IMG/VR virus record: IMGVR_UViG_3300008516_000204
Span: 42,112 to 106,111 of that record
Length of the DNA: 64,000 nucleotides
Source: a virus
Strand: one strand, 5' to 3'
Below are positions 1-9,193 of this stretch, piece after piece (the first letter of the stretch is position 1; every line of letters starts with the position of its first letter). The position numbers and the translations under genes are program-made. A model generated the notes under the pieces. The model ran no database searches. It saw only the letters and a list, made by a program, of their open reading frames with translations, and was not told where the DNA came from.

Positions 1-2
1 TG

Positions 3-920
3 AGGGAAGCAGGTGTAGTATTTTTAGGAAGCCTTCCAACATTAGAAGATGTAATCAGGGAAATTGCAAGTTCGGTAGGAATGTTTTATGTCAATGATTT
101 TCCAGAGACATTTGGGGTATCTCCTTATTTGGCAGAAGTATTAGGTTGCCGAACTCATATTTTATGTGTAAAAGGATTTGGTGCTTTGAGAGAAGTGTTG
201 AATAGCGATTTACTGACAGATGATAGGGATAAGTTTATGGCAGATGTTTTGGAGGCACATCAAAATGGTGGGCATATATTTGAGCCAGATGTACTTACAA
301 AAGAGGAACAATATAGAAAATGGAAGGCAATGATAGATAAAAAGGAAATCACCGAAATCCTACAGGAAAGCGATATTCCAAAAGGGATGTATTTGAGGAA
401 TTTTGAGGGTGGTAAAGAGGGATTACAGGAACTGATTAGCAACTTACCGAAGAATTGTGTTATGGCTGAAATTGGAAGTTATATTGGAGAGTCTACTGAA
501 TTATTTGCTAAAAATTGTTTTAGAGTTTATGCTATCGATGCTTGGGAAAATTATTACGATAAAAATGATAAATCATCTTATCAGTATCCTATGAAGTTAG
601 TAGAGCAGGCTTTTGATGTTAAAACAAAAAAATTCTTTCTTAAGATAGTAAAAATAAAAAAATATAGTAAAGAAGCAAGTGAGACTTTTGGAAACAAGAT
701 TTTTGATTTTGTCTACATAGATAGCAATCATCAGTATGAGAATATCCTTGAGGATATTAAGATTTGGTTGCCGAAGATAAAGCCGAATGGGATGATAGGC
801 GGGCACGATTATGGCTATTTACCCAATGTTACAAAAGCGGTTGATAAAGTATTCGGGGAGCAGAAAGTAGAAACTTTTGAGGACACAAGTTGGTTGGTTA
901 GATTGGAAAATGTAAAATGA
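3..920 (+). CDS. 5'-partial fusion: GT-B (GT4-like) glycosyltransferase C-terminal domain + class I SAM methyltransferase (Methyltransf_24-like)
   Basis: The frame is open to the window edge (REAGVVFLGSLP...). The FPETFG...AE.LG...GALREV segment is typical of the GT-B C-domain. The C-terminal half has AEIGSYIGES, FDFVYIDSNH.Y and GGHDY. Confidence 0.75.
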   Translation, partial: REAGVVFLGSLPTLEDVIREIASSVGMFYVNDFPETFGVSPYLAEVLGCRTHILCVKGFGALREVLNSDLLTDDRDKFMADVLEAHQNGGHIFEPDVLTKEEQYRKWKAMIDKKEITEILQESDIPKGMYLRNFEGGKEGLQELISNLPKNCVMAEIGSYIGESTELFAKNCFRVYAIDAWENYYDKNDKSSYQYPMKLVEQAFDVKTKKFFLKIVKIKKYSKEASETFGNKIFDFVYIDSNHQYENILEDIKIWLPKIKPNGMIGGHDYGYLPNVTKAVDKVFGEQKVETFEDTSWLVRLENVK

Positions 921-1159
921 AAACTATAAAAGAAGTTTATTATAGCCCCAAATATAATCGATTTGTTCAAATTAGAGGACTCCGAGATGATGGATATATA
1001 ATTGGAGGTTTTACTATTTTTTATAATGATGCTTTTACCACTACCAGAAATAGCAAGATGAGTAGAAATTTCTGTAAAGATTTTATTGAAATTGATAATA
1101 TAGATGAGCTCAAATTTGCTAAATTGGATGAAAATACTAATACTTGGAGAATAAAATGA
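917..1159 (+). CDS. hypothetical protein
   Basis: 80-aa ORF with ATGA overlaps on both sides. Confidence 0.6.
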   Translation: MKTIKEVYYSPKYNRFVQIRGLRDDGYIIGGFTIFYNDAFTTTRNSKMSRNFCKDFIEIDNIDELKFAKLDENTNTWRIK

Positions 1160-1959
1160 ACATAGGTATCTGGGGAACTGGCATAGTAGGCTCGGCAACA
1201 GGCAGGGTGCTTGAGCAGGCACACAAGGTCTATTACTATGATAAGTATAAAAAAGACCCCAAACTTACTACTGATAAAGAGTTGGTGGATAATTGCCAGA
1301 TTATATTCATTACTGTTCCTACACCTATGTTGCGAAGCGGTAGGATTGGTATAAGAGATATAAAAGACTCTCTATTTCAAATACAAAGATTGACGAAATT
1401 GAGGAAGATAATTGTTATCAAAAGCACAGTAGTCCCAGGTACTACCAAGCGATTTGTCTACAAGTTTCCACAGTTTGACTTTGCCCATAATCCAGAATTT
1501 TTGCGGGCTAAATATGCTTATGAAGATATGTTAAACTCCAAAAGAGTAGTGCTTGGTGTGGATAAAGATGAAATTTTCCAGATACTTGAGAAAATGTATC
1601 GTGAGATATTTAAGGAAATTCCTATTATAAAGGCGACATTCACCGAAGCCGAGATAGTAAAATATGCCTCCAATATAATGTTAGCTGGGCAGATAGCACT
1701 GGCTAATGAATTGTATCAGGTTTGTAAGCAGTTAAGAATAGACTATAAAATAATTGAACAAGTTTTAAGTTATGATAAAAGAATAGGAACAAATATTAAA
1801 ATGCCAGGTTTGGATGGTAAATTAGGTTTCGGTGGTGGATGTTTTCCTAAAGACCTCAATGCACTGATTTATAGGTCAAGGGAAGCGGGTTATCGCCCAT
1901 ATTTGTTGGAAGAAATTTGGCGATTAAATGTGAGAGTTAGGAAAGGTGCTAAAAAATGA
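1156..1959 (+). CDS. ugd: UDP-glucose/GDP-mannose dehydrogenase family (short form)
   Basis: GIWGTGIVG Rossmann motif, VPTP, KSTVVPGTT, NPEFL, GFGGGCFPKD catalytic Cys; likely start ATG 1156. Confidence 0.9.
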   Translation: MNIGIWGTGIVGSATGRVLEQAHKVYYYDKYKKDPKLTTDKELVDNCQIIFITVPTPMLRSGRIGIRDIKDSLFQIQRLTKLRKIIVIKSTVVPGTTKRFVYKFPQFDFAHNPEFLRAKYAYEDMLNSKRVVLGVDKDEIFQILEKMYREIFKEIPIIKATFTEAEIVKYASNIMLAGQIALANELYQVCKQLRIDYKIIEQVLSYDKRIGTNIKMPGLDGKLGFGGGCFPKDLNALIYRSREAGYRPYLLEEIWRLNVRVRKGAKK

Positions 1960-2609
1960 CAAACGAGCATATCCTAAAAGTCTATTTGGCAGGTCCGATG
2001 GAAGACATTCCAGATGGTGGTATTCAGTGGCGAAACAGGATTACACCCAAATTAATTGAATATTTTGGCGATAGAATTGTCATTCAAGACCCTTGCCGAA
2101 TGGAAAACGATAAACTAAAGGGCTTCGTAGACCCAAATACTCCATTGGAAAAAGTCAAAGAGGTATTGCAGGGTTGGAGACAGGGTGGGCATTGGGATAA
2201 GTTTGACCCAGCAATGGAAAAGATAATTGATATGGATTTTGATTGTGTCGAGAAAAGTGATTTTATTATTCTCTTCCTAAAATTTAAAGATAGGGATGGT
2301 AAAAAAGTTCAAATGGGTGGAACTATCAGTGAACTCACTTACGCTTACAGACATCGTATTCCAATTTATGCGGTTACATACAATACTATTTCAGAAGAGA
2401 ATAGTTGGATAGTTCGTATGGCACGGGGAAAAACAAAAGCTATTGGAGATAGAAAGATTTATCCCAATTTTGCCCAAGCATTGGAAGCCATCAAAGAGGA
2501 TTATAGGGAATTTAAGGTACCCAAGAAAGAAGCCGAAAAAGCATTAAAGGAATTCAAATCCGAACAAAAACCTGATGAACCCCTTAAGGAAGCTAAAGGT
2601 GAAAAATGA
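1956..2609 (+). CDS. nucleoside 2-deoxyribosyltransferase-like / nucleotide N-glycosidase
   Basis: VYLAGPM N-terminal motif, D..CVEKSDFII, GTISEL (catalytic Glu position). Confidence 0.7.
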   Translation: MTNEHILKVYLAGPMEDIPDGGIQWRNRITPKLIEYFGDRIVIQDPCRMENDKLKGFVDPNTPLEKVKEVLQGWRQGGHWDKFDPAMEKIIDMDFDCVEKSDFIILFLKFKDRDGKKVQMGGTISELTYAYRHRIPIYAVTYNTISEENSWIVRMARGKTKAIGDRKIYPNFAQALEAIKEDYREFKVPKKEAEKALKEFKSEQKPDEPLKEAKGEK

Positions 2610-3040
2610 TTAATTACTTAATAGGTATAGGACTAAGTTTGGTTCTTAGTGGTTTGATTGGGTGGGAACGAGAATCCCAAAAGAAACCAGCAGGACTGAG
2701 AGATGCTATGCTAATTTGTCTTGGTGCTACTATGTTTACTATTATCTCGCTTATTTTAAGGGATGTTCCTGCTTCTGAAGGAGTTAAGTATGATTTAGGA
2801 AGAATTATTGCTTACACTGTGGCTGGTGTCGGCTTTCTTGGTGGTGGGGTTATGCTAACCAATAAAAAGAAAATTGAGGGAATTACCACAGCAAGTATGC
2901 TTTGGGCGATTGTAGGTATCGGAATTTTATGTGGGTTAGGGGAATATTTATTGGCTAGCATTTGTACGGGAGCAATTTATTTAACCTTAAAATTAAAATA
3001 TGTTCAAATTAAAATAATTAAACAAAAAAATAAGAAATGA
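2606..3040 (+). CDS. mgtC: MgtC/SapB family membrane protein
   Basis: GLIGWERE...KPAGLR, GVGFLGGG, GITTAS.LW motifs; four hydrophobic helices. Confidence 0.9.
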   Translation: MINYLIGIGLSLVLSGLIGWERESQKKPAGLRDAMLICLGATMFTIISLILRDVPASEGVKYDLGRIIAYTVAGVGFLGGGVMLTNKKKIEGITTASMLWAIVGIGILCGLGEYLLASICTGAIYLTLKLKYVQIKIIKQKNKK

Positions 3041-3627
3041 GAAAATTAATATTATTAGCAATATTCATAAGTTTATCTATATATTTGATTAAGACGAATT
3101 TTGTAGAGCTTAAATATCATTTGCCCCTGCCTATAAAAATAGAAACCAGAGCAAATCTGACAGAGACTAAAAAAATGTTGCAGGGCAATCCGATGAAAAT
3201 AGCAAGATGGTTGGATAACAATATAACTGGAAAGTCAGATGGAAGAATTCAGTATGCCCAAACACCAGAAGAGACATTTGAGAGGCGCACTGGTGATTGC
3301 GAAGATTATAGTATTTTGGCAAAATATTTTTTAGATTCTCGATATGATGAAATTTATTTAATAATCTGGCAAGGAAAGTCTAAGTCCTCATCTGAACATT
3401 ATGCAAAGCGTAAACAACAATCAATATGTCACTGTATTTGTGTATTCAAGATAGGCGAAAAAATGTGGGGTATAATGGATAATAGCAATTTTATAATGGC
3501 TTATGGTTCAATAGAAGATATAGTTAAAGCAGATTGTGAATTTAGAGATACTAGGATTGGGCGTGCCTATATTGTGCGATTTACTCACTATATTTATCGA
3601 AGAATTAAGAAACTGGATATAAAATGA
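3037..3627 (+). CDS. membrane-anchored transglutaminase-like cysteine protease, copy 1
   Basis: N-terminal hydrophobic anchor; Q.PEETF...GDCEDY (Cys), ICHCIC (His), IMDN (Asp). Confidence 0.75.
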   Translation: MRKLILLAIFISLSIYLIKTNFVELKYHLPLPIKIETRANLTETKKMLQGNPMKIARWLDNNITGKSDGRIQYAQTPEETFERRTGDCEDYSILAKYFLDSRYDEIYLIIWQGKSKSSSEHYAKRKQQSICHCICVFKIGEKMWGIMDNSNFIMAYGSIEDIVKADCEFRDTRIGRAYIVRFTHYIYRRIKKLDIK

Positions 3628-4160
3628 CCAAGAGAAAGAAAAATAAGAAATCACGACGAGACAAATCCCGTGTCCTACATCTATTCAAGGAAATCAATAG
3701 CGATAGTGTTGAAAATATTATCACAAAACTCCTCGAATTAGATAGGGACAGGAAGCGGAGGCTCATTACCATTTATATAAATTCTCCTGGTGGGGATTGT
3801 GGTTCAGGATTTGCTCTCATCGATATTATGGAAAAATGTAAGTGCCCTATTAAAACAATCGCTGTGGGCGAGGTGGCGAGTATGGCTGTTCCAATTTTTT
3901 TGGCTGGAACGCAGGGAAGGCGCTATATCTCCAAGCATACATTTCTTATGATACATCCGCTTCATTTGGGAGCGAGGGATTATTTATCTTTCGCTAAATC
4001 GAGAGTGTTAAATGCCGAAGAACTTGAGAAATTGTATGACAACTATGTTATTGATAGAAGCAATTTACCTAAAAAGATTATAGATAAGGCAAAGACTAAA
4101 GAAGTATGGCTTAATGCTAAAGAGTGTTTAAAATATGGGTTGGCTGACAAGGAACTATAA
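3624..4160 (+). CDS. clpP: ClpP-like serine protease (S14)
   Basis: IYINSPGG, VASMA (Ser), MIHP (His), WL.A.ECLKYGLAD. Confidence 0.85.
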   Translation: MTKRKKNKKSRRDKSRVLHLFKEINSDSVENIITKLLELDRDRKRRLITIYINSPGGDCGSGFALIDIMEKCKCPIKTIAVGEVASMAVPIFLAGTQGRRYISKHTFLMIHPLHLGARDYLSFAKSRVLNAEELEKLYDNYVIDRSNLPKKIIDKAKTKEVWLNAKECLKYGLADKEL

Positions 4161-4412
4161 ATGAAAAGGCTTAAGAAAATCAAGCAGATACAGAAATTTC
4201 AGAGGGCTTATACAGCCCTCACGAGTAAGCTATTCGAGGCTGTAAAAAATGATGAGCCAGACGATTTCAAGAAGCTGGTTATGGGTTATCTGATGGAACA
4301 GCAGAGATTGAATACGGAATTCTCTATGGACTTATTAAGGGCGATTCCAAAGGAAGTTGATAAGGACAGATTTGATAATATTATAAAACCATTAGAAAAG
4401 GAGATTGGATAA
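4161..4412 (+). CDS. hypothetical protein
   Basis: 83-aa ORF translationally coupled to its neighbours. Confidence 0.6.
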   Translation: MKRLKKIKQIQKFQRAYTALTSKLFEAVKNDEPDDFKKLVMGYLMEQQRLNTEFSMDLLRAIPKEVDKDRFDNIIKPLEKEIG

Positions 4413-4744
4413 TGCTAAAAAAAGACAGAGATAAGAGCAGAAAGATTCAAGCCAAAGAGAAGGATATCCCAAGAAAACTATCCTATTTCAATGAGTTTAT
4501 AGGACATATGAAAAGCATTATACTCCAAGGGACAGACAAATATACTGGGGCAGAAAAGGACAAAGCCGAAACTATAGATATTATGCCCCAAGTTGTCGGG
4601 GAAGATGGGTATGTGAGTTTCATTATCTGTGATATATTAAAGAGGTTGATTAGGTTCAAGAATGATAGGAGAGAGAGAGATATAATCAAAATAGCTGTCT
4701 GGTGTTATTTACTGTTAAAATTTTATAAGGATAAACACAAATGA
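4412..4744 (+). CDS. hypothetical protein, possibly DUF3310-like
   Basis: ETIDI...DILKRLIRF...DIIKIAVW resembles the DUF3310 pattern; weak. Confidence 0.4.
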   Translation: MLKKDRDKSRKIQAKEKDIPRKLSYFNEFIGHMKSIILQGTDKYTGAEKDKAETIDIMPQVVGEDGYVSFIICDILKRLIRFKNDRRERDIIKIAVWCYLLLKFYKDKHK

Positions 4745-5295
4745 AAAAATATCAAATTATATATGTAGATCCTCCTTGGTCTTACAACGATCAAGGTTGT
4801 CAAGGAACAATGGCAAATCATTATAAAGGTATGAAACTGGAGGATATTAAGAATCTTCCTGTGAACCAAATAGCCGATAAGAATAGTATATTATTTTTAT
4901 GGACAACTTATCCAATGTTGCAAGAGGCATCGGAAGTGATAAAGGCATGAGGCTTTCAATACAAGAGTATTGCCTTTCAATGGGTCAAACTAAATCCCAA
5001 AGCCCTAACCCCTTTCTATGGATTAGGGAGACGGACACGGGGTAATACAGAACCATGTTTATTGGCAACAAAAGGTAAGCCTAAAAGAGTAAGTGCCTCT
5101 GTTTTTCAACTAATATTTGCTCCTCGCAGAAAGCATAGTCAAAAACCAGATATAGCAAGAGATAAAATCATTCAACTAGTAGGAGATTTACCTCGTATAG
5201 AATTGTTTGCTACAGAGAAAATAAAAGGATGGGATTCAATAGGTTATGAGATCGATGGCAAGGATATACGAGATGTTTTACAGGAGATGATATGA
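4741..5295 (+). pseudogene. MT-A70 family adenine methyltransferase interrupted by an in-frame TGA at 4948-4950
   Basis: YVDPPW, LFLWTT, then EVIKA*GFQYKSIAFQWVK...TRGNTE.CLLA...HSQKP...RIELFA in one frame; joins ORFs 4741..4950 and 5062..5295. Confidence 0.85.
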
Positions 5296-6206
5296 AAACA
5301 AATAAAAATCTTAATTATTATATCAAGGTCTGTAAGAAATTGATAGATAGGCCATACAATAAATTCAATCTGGGCAACTATCGAGGCATTATGGCATCTG
5401 AATATGATACCCCTGTTTACTCCTACCCAACAAAATCAGATAGCCCGATTAAGTTGATGGCAGGACAGCATAGAGAAGCCCAGATTATTTCCACCGATTA
5501 TCAATTTAAGCATAATAAAAGGCGAATTATCTTGGTGGGAAAAGGGATTTTATTTGATTCAGGTGGATATAATCTAAAGCCCAAAATGGTGAATATGAAA
5601 AGTGATATGGCTGGGATGGCTGTCTCATTTGCTGTAGCTTCTTATTTTAAAAAGCAAAATGATGTAATTGCCTTCTGCCCTGTTGCAACGAATTTTCTTG
5701 ATGGAAATCAGATAATCCCTGGCGATGAAATAAAAATAGGTAATAAAATTGTTAAAATAACCAATACAGATGCGGAGGGAAGATTGATTTTAGCCGAGGC
5801 ACTTTCTGAATTAAAAGTCAAACCCACAGATATAGTAATCACAGTTGCGACTTTAACTGGGGTTGTGGGCTATGCGATAGGTGATAAGGCTACTGGCGTT
5901 TTTAGTCCTAATAAAAGATTGGCAAATAAGTATTTGGAAGCATCTAAAAAGGCAAAAGAACTGGCATGGGAATTGCCCTTATGGGATTATTTGCAGAAGC
6001 ATTTTGATAAGAAGAAAATTAAAAATGTCCAGAAGATAAATCCAGGTGCCTCAATGGGAGCAATGTTTCTCAAGCAATTTGTTAGATATCCCCAAAACTG
6101 GTTACATCTCGATATCGCTTATTCTGCTTGGGATAAGAAAAAGGAAAAGGCAACTGGTGAGCCAATTAAATCGTTAGTTCAATTTATAGAAAGGATAGGG
6201 CAGTAG
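5292..6206 (+). CDS. pepA: M17 leucyl aminopeptidase (mostly catalytic domain)
   Basis: VGKGILFDSGGYNLK, MKSDMAG, NTDAEGRL, ATLTG, WLHLDIA. Confidence 0.92.
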   Translation: MKTNKNLNYYIKVCKKLIDRPYNKFNLGNYRGIMASEYDTPVYSYPTKSDSPIKLMAGQHREAQIISTDYQFKHNKRRIILVGKGILFDSGGYNLKPKMVNMKSDMAGMAVSFAVASYFKKQNDVIAFCPVATNFLDGNQIIPGDEIKIGNKIVKITNTDAEGRLILAEALSELKVKPTDIVITVATLTGVVGYAIGDKATGVFSPNKRLANKYLEASKKAKELAWELPLWDYLQKHFDKKKIKNVQKINPGASMGAMFLKQFVRYPQNWLHLDIAYSAWDKKKEKATGEPIKSLVQFIERIGQ

Positions 6207-6208
6207 AT

Positions 6209-6409
6209 ATGTCGCTGAAACGGTCTATTGTTATCGATGATAGGCACTGTATATGCAAAAATTGCAAGCGTAGTAATGTCTGCCCAATCTATACTAAATA
6301 CCAGAAAATGCTTGACTTGATGGAGAATATCGAACCCGATAAATATTTGATTAAGATAACAGCACATATTAGGAAATGCAATAACTTTTTATCAGACGAG
6401 GAGGTGTAA
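6209..6409 (+). CDS. small Cys-rich protein
   Basis: CICKNC...C motif, 66 aa. Confidence 0.55.
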   Translation: MSLKRSIVIDDRHCICKNCKRSNVCPIYTKYQKMLDLMENIEPDKYLIKITAHIRKCNNFLSDEEV

Positions 6410-6410
6410 A

Positions 6411-6758
6411 ATGACGAAGATGATTCCATGTTTTGTGTGTTCCAAATTAGTTGAGGCGATTGAGGACAAGGCGATAGCGAAACTGTGTCCCGAACACGAT
6501 ACAGCCCAGAATCGAGAGGAAATGCGTAACACTCCAGTTCATCAGCTCTTGAGAAGGCTCAATGATTCCATTCAGAAGCAGGTTGACCAAGTTACGAATG
6601 ATGTAGGAACGACCAATGCCAAGTATGAGGAAATCAGGCAGGAACTGGTTATTTTGCAGGGCAAGATAGACAGCTTGGAGACGACCCCAGCATCAGCACC
6701 TGTGGTTGAAGAACCGAAAGATACCACAAAATTAAATGAATATGGTGAGTTGATCTAA
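6411..6758 (+). CDS. hypothetical protein (CxxC + coiled coil)
   Basis: GAGGAGG RBS; CFVC...CPEH. Confidence 0.6.
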   Translation: MTKMIPCFVCSKLVEAIEDKAIAKLCPEHDTAQNREEMRNTPVHQLLRRLNDSIQKQVDQVTNDVGTTNAKYEEIRQELVILQGKIDSLETTPASAPVVEEPKDTTKLNEYGELI

Positions 6759-6776
6759 TTTTTGAAAGGGAATAAA

Positions 6777-6941
6777 ATGACAGATGTTCAATTTCGAATA
6801 ATGCAAGAAGCTGTAGCTAATCTGCTTAAAGTAAAAGACGAGATGGCTAAAGGTCTATTTGAAATGTATAAGGCATATCAGAAAGCAGGCTTTAAGAAGA
6901 AAGAGGCTATGGAGTTGTTGAAAACTATTCTGAAACCATAG
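6777..6941 (+). CDS. 54-aa hypothetical protein not in the ORF track
   Basis: RBS AAGGG; MTDVQFRIMQ...YKAYQKAGFKKKEAMELL; fills the intergenic gap. Confidence 0.6.
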   Translation: MTDVQFRIMQEAVANLLKVKDEMAKGLFEMYKAYQKAGFKKKEAMELLKTILKP

Positions 6942-7503
6942 GGGATAGAATGAAGAAAAGTTTGGTAGGGTGGGCTAAAAGTGAACAATGGTTTTTAGGT
7001 CTTATTAAAACAGTAATGGAAGTTAAAAAAGTTCCTTTCTGGTTATTTGAAGATAAAGATTTTATGGCATCTATTACTTTTGGGGCTTCTTGTTTTTATT
7101 GTGAAGAAGATTTTTTATATTGGTTGGATAAATTCTTAAATGGGCTTTCAAGACATTCTCAAGAATTAGTTAATAGAGTATCTTGTATAAGAATAGTAGA
7201 AGAACTAAAAAGAAGATATGATTTGACAGATGAAAAAGGCAAGAAAGAAATTAGAGAGGAATTGTCAAAGATCACATATTAAGGAGAATAAATGGAGAAA
7301 AATACCATCACAATAGGCAATGTCATCAGGCTTACGCAGGAGAATGGGCGATATACTGTTGAAGAAAAAACCGATGGCAAATGGATAGAGATAGCGAGAT
7401 TTGCTCTGGGAATTGATATGATTACCTATGTCAAGGGCTATCTGGATGAGTATGTTGAGCAGATGAAACGATATGGCAACAATATAGAAGAACAGAAGGA
7501 AAA

Positions 7504-8217
7504 ATGATTAGACTTAAGACAGATAAAGATATTCAGTTAATTGAGAAGGCAATCGAAATAGGAAAAAATGCTTTATCGGTTGCCAAGCAAATTACTGTTG
7601 TCGGGATTACTACACAGGAGATAGATAGGCAAGTGGAAGCATACATTCTTAAAAAGGGTGCCGCTCCCTCGTTCAAAGGCTACAAGGGCTTTCCTACTGC
7701 TTGTTGTATAAGTTTGAATAATGAGATAGTACATGGATATCCCAGAGATAACAAGATAAAAAGCGGTGATATAGTCAAGATAGATATTGGTATATGCTTT
7801 AAGAGCAGATATTCCGACCAAGCAATTACATTTGTAGTTGGAGAAGGCAAGTCTAAAAAGCATCTTGATTTAGTATATACAACCAAACTGGCATTAGAGA
7901 GAGCAAAAAAGGTTGCTATTCCAAATAATACTTTGAATCAGATTTCGTGGGAAATACAGCGAACAGCACAGGAAAATGGATTGGGTATAGTTACTGCTTA
8001 TACAGGACATGGCGTGGGTTTTGAAATTCACGAAGAACCAATTATCAGAAATATTGTTACTCCAAATGAAAATATGCGATTAGTAAAAGGAATGGTGTTG
8101 GCTATTGAGCCGATGTTTGCATTAGGAAAGGGCGATGTTGAAGATAAAGGATATGCTGTTGTAACTAAAGATAATAGTATGTCCTCCCATTTTGAGGAAA
8201 CAATTATCGTAAGATGA
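7504..8217 (+). CDS. map: methionine aminopeptidase type I
   Basis: GYKGFP..CCIS.N.EIVHG, KIDIG, YSDQA, GHGVG, IHEEP, AIEPM, HFEET: all five metal ligands present. Confidence 0.95.
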   Translation: MIRLKTDKDIQLIEKAIEIGKNALSVAKQITVVGITTQEIDRQVEAYILKKGAAPSFKGYKGFPTACCISLNNEIVHGYPRDNKIKSGDIVKIDIGICFKSRYSDQAITFVVGEGKSKKHLDLVYTTKLALERAKKVAIPNNTLNQISWEIQRTAQENGLGIVTAYTGHGVGFEIHEEPIIRNIVTPNENMRLVKGMVLAIEPMFALGKGDVEDKGYAVVTKDNSMSSHFEETIIVR

Positions 8218-8819
8218 AAAAGAGTAAGACAAAAAAACTACTGTGTGAATATTGGAATCAGGGCAAAATCTGCGGTCTTGATAGAACTAAGCATTGCCCC
8301 TATACCAAAGCCACCAGTTACAAATGCGAGAGCTGGCTCAAGCGGATAAAACGACGCAAGAAAGGGATACATATTCCTGTGATAATTACCGATACAAGAG
8401 AAAATTGTGGCTACTTATTCAAGGGCAAAGAGGCAGAGGCAAAAATAGTTATGAAGAAACTGGCAACAGGAGATTACAGTTTGGAAGGCTTCGAGAACGA
8501 TATAGTCATAGAAAGAAAGCGGATAAACGAACTCTTTGGGAATTTTGCTGGGGACAGGGAACGATTTATGCGGGAAGTTGAACGAATGGAAAAAATCCCA
8601 TATAAGTTTCTCTTGATAGAGGGTTCATTCAAAGATTTAGCCCAAATGAAAAAAGTCCCAGGCAAAGTCAGTATTAAATTAGTGGTGGCTACCCTCATCA
8701 GTTTGATGATAAAGCACAATGTAAAAGTTGTATTCGCTGGAAATCCGAAACTGGCGGAACAGTTGGCATATAGGATTCTTATCAAGTTTTTTAACTATAA
8801 GATAAAAGGGGATGTATAA
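8214..8819 (+). CDS. ERCC4/XPF-domain nuclease
   Basis: DTRE, L.TGDYS, VIERK motifs. Confidence 0.85.
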   Translation: MKKSKTKKLLCEYWNQGKICGLDRTKHCPYTKATSYKCESWLKRIKRRKKGIHIPVIITDTRENCGYLFKGKEAEAKIVMKKLATGDYSLEGFENDIVIERKRINELFGNFAGDRERFMREVERMEKIPYKFLLIEGSFKDLAQMKKVPGKVSIKLVVATLISLMIKHNVKVVFAGNPKLAEQLAYRILIKFFNYKIKGDV

Positions 8820-9193
8820 TGGGAACTAATTACTATTTAAGAACAGATATTTGTAAAAGTTGTAAGAGATATGAAGAGATTCATTTAGGTAAGCATAGTT
8901 TTGGTTGGGTATTCCATCTACAATTTAACGATGGCAAATTTTATGAGCACTGGAGAGGAATGAGAAAATGGCTGAGAGACAAGACAAAAAGTGGTGCAAA
9001 GATATTCGATGAATATGAAAAAGAAGTTAATTTATGCAGTTTTATAAGATTAGTTCAAAAATTCCAGAGAGATAAGAAGAATAGAAGGCACAATGATTAT
9101 GTGAAAAAGAATTTTCCCTATAACCCTGAGTATTTAAAGGATATGATTGTAGATGCAGATAATTTTGAATTTGCTAATTACGAATTTAGTTAA
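8819..9193 (+). CDS. conserved phage hypothetical protein
   Basis: MGTNYY...CxxC...HLGK.S.GW.F pattern recalled from phage proteins. Confidence 0.6.
   Translation: MGTNYYLRTDICKSCKRYEEIHLGKHSFGWVFHLQFNDGKFYEHWRGMRKWLRDKTKSGAKIFDEYEKEVNLCSFIRLVQKFQRDKKNRRHNDYVKKNFPYNPEYLKDMIVDADNFEFANYEFS

Noticed and set aside
3624-4160. ClpP as the prohead maturation protease
   Set aside because: No portal or capsid neighbours, and it sits among metabolic genes; not excluded but unsupported
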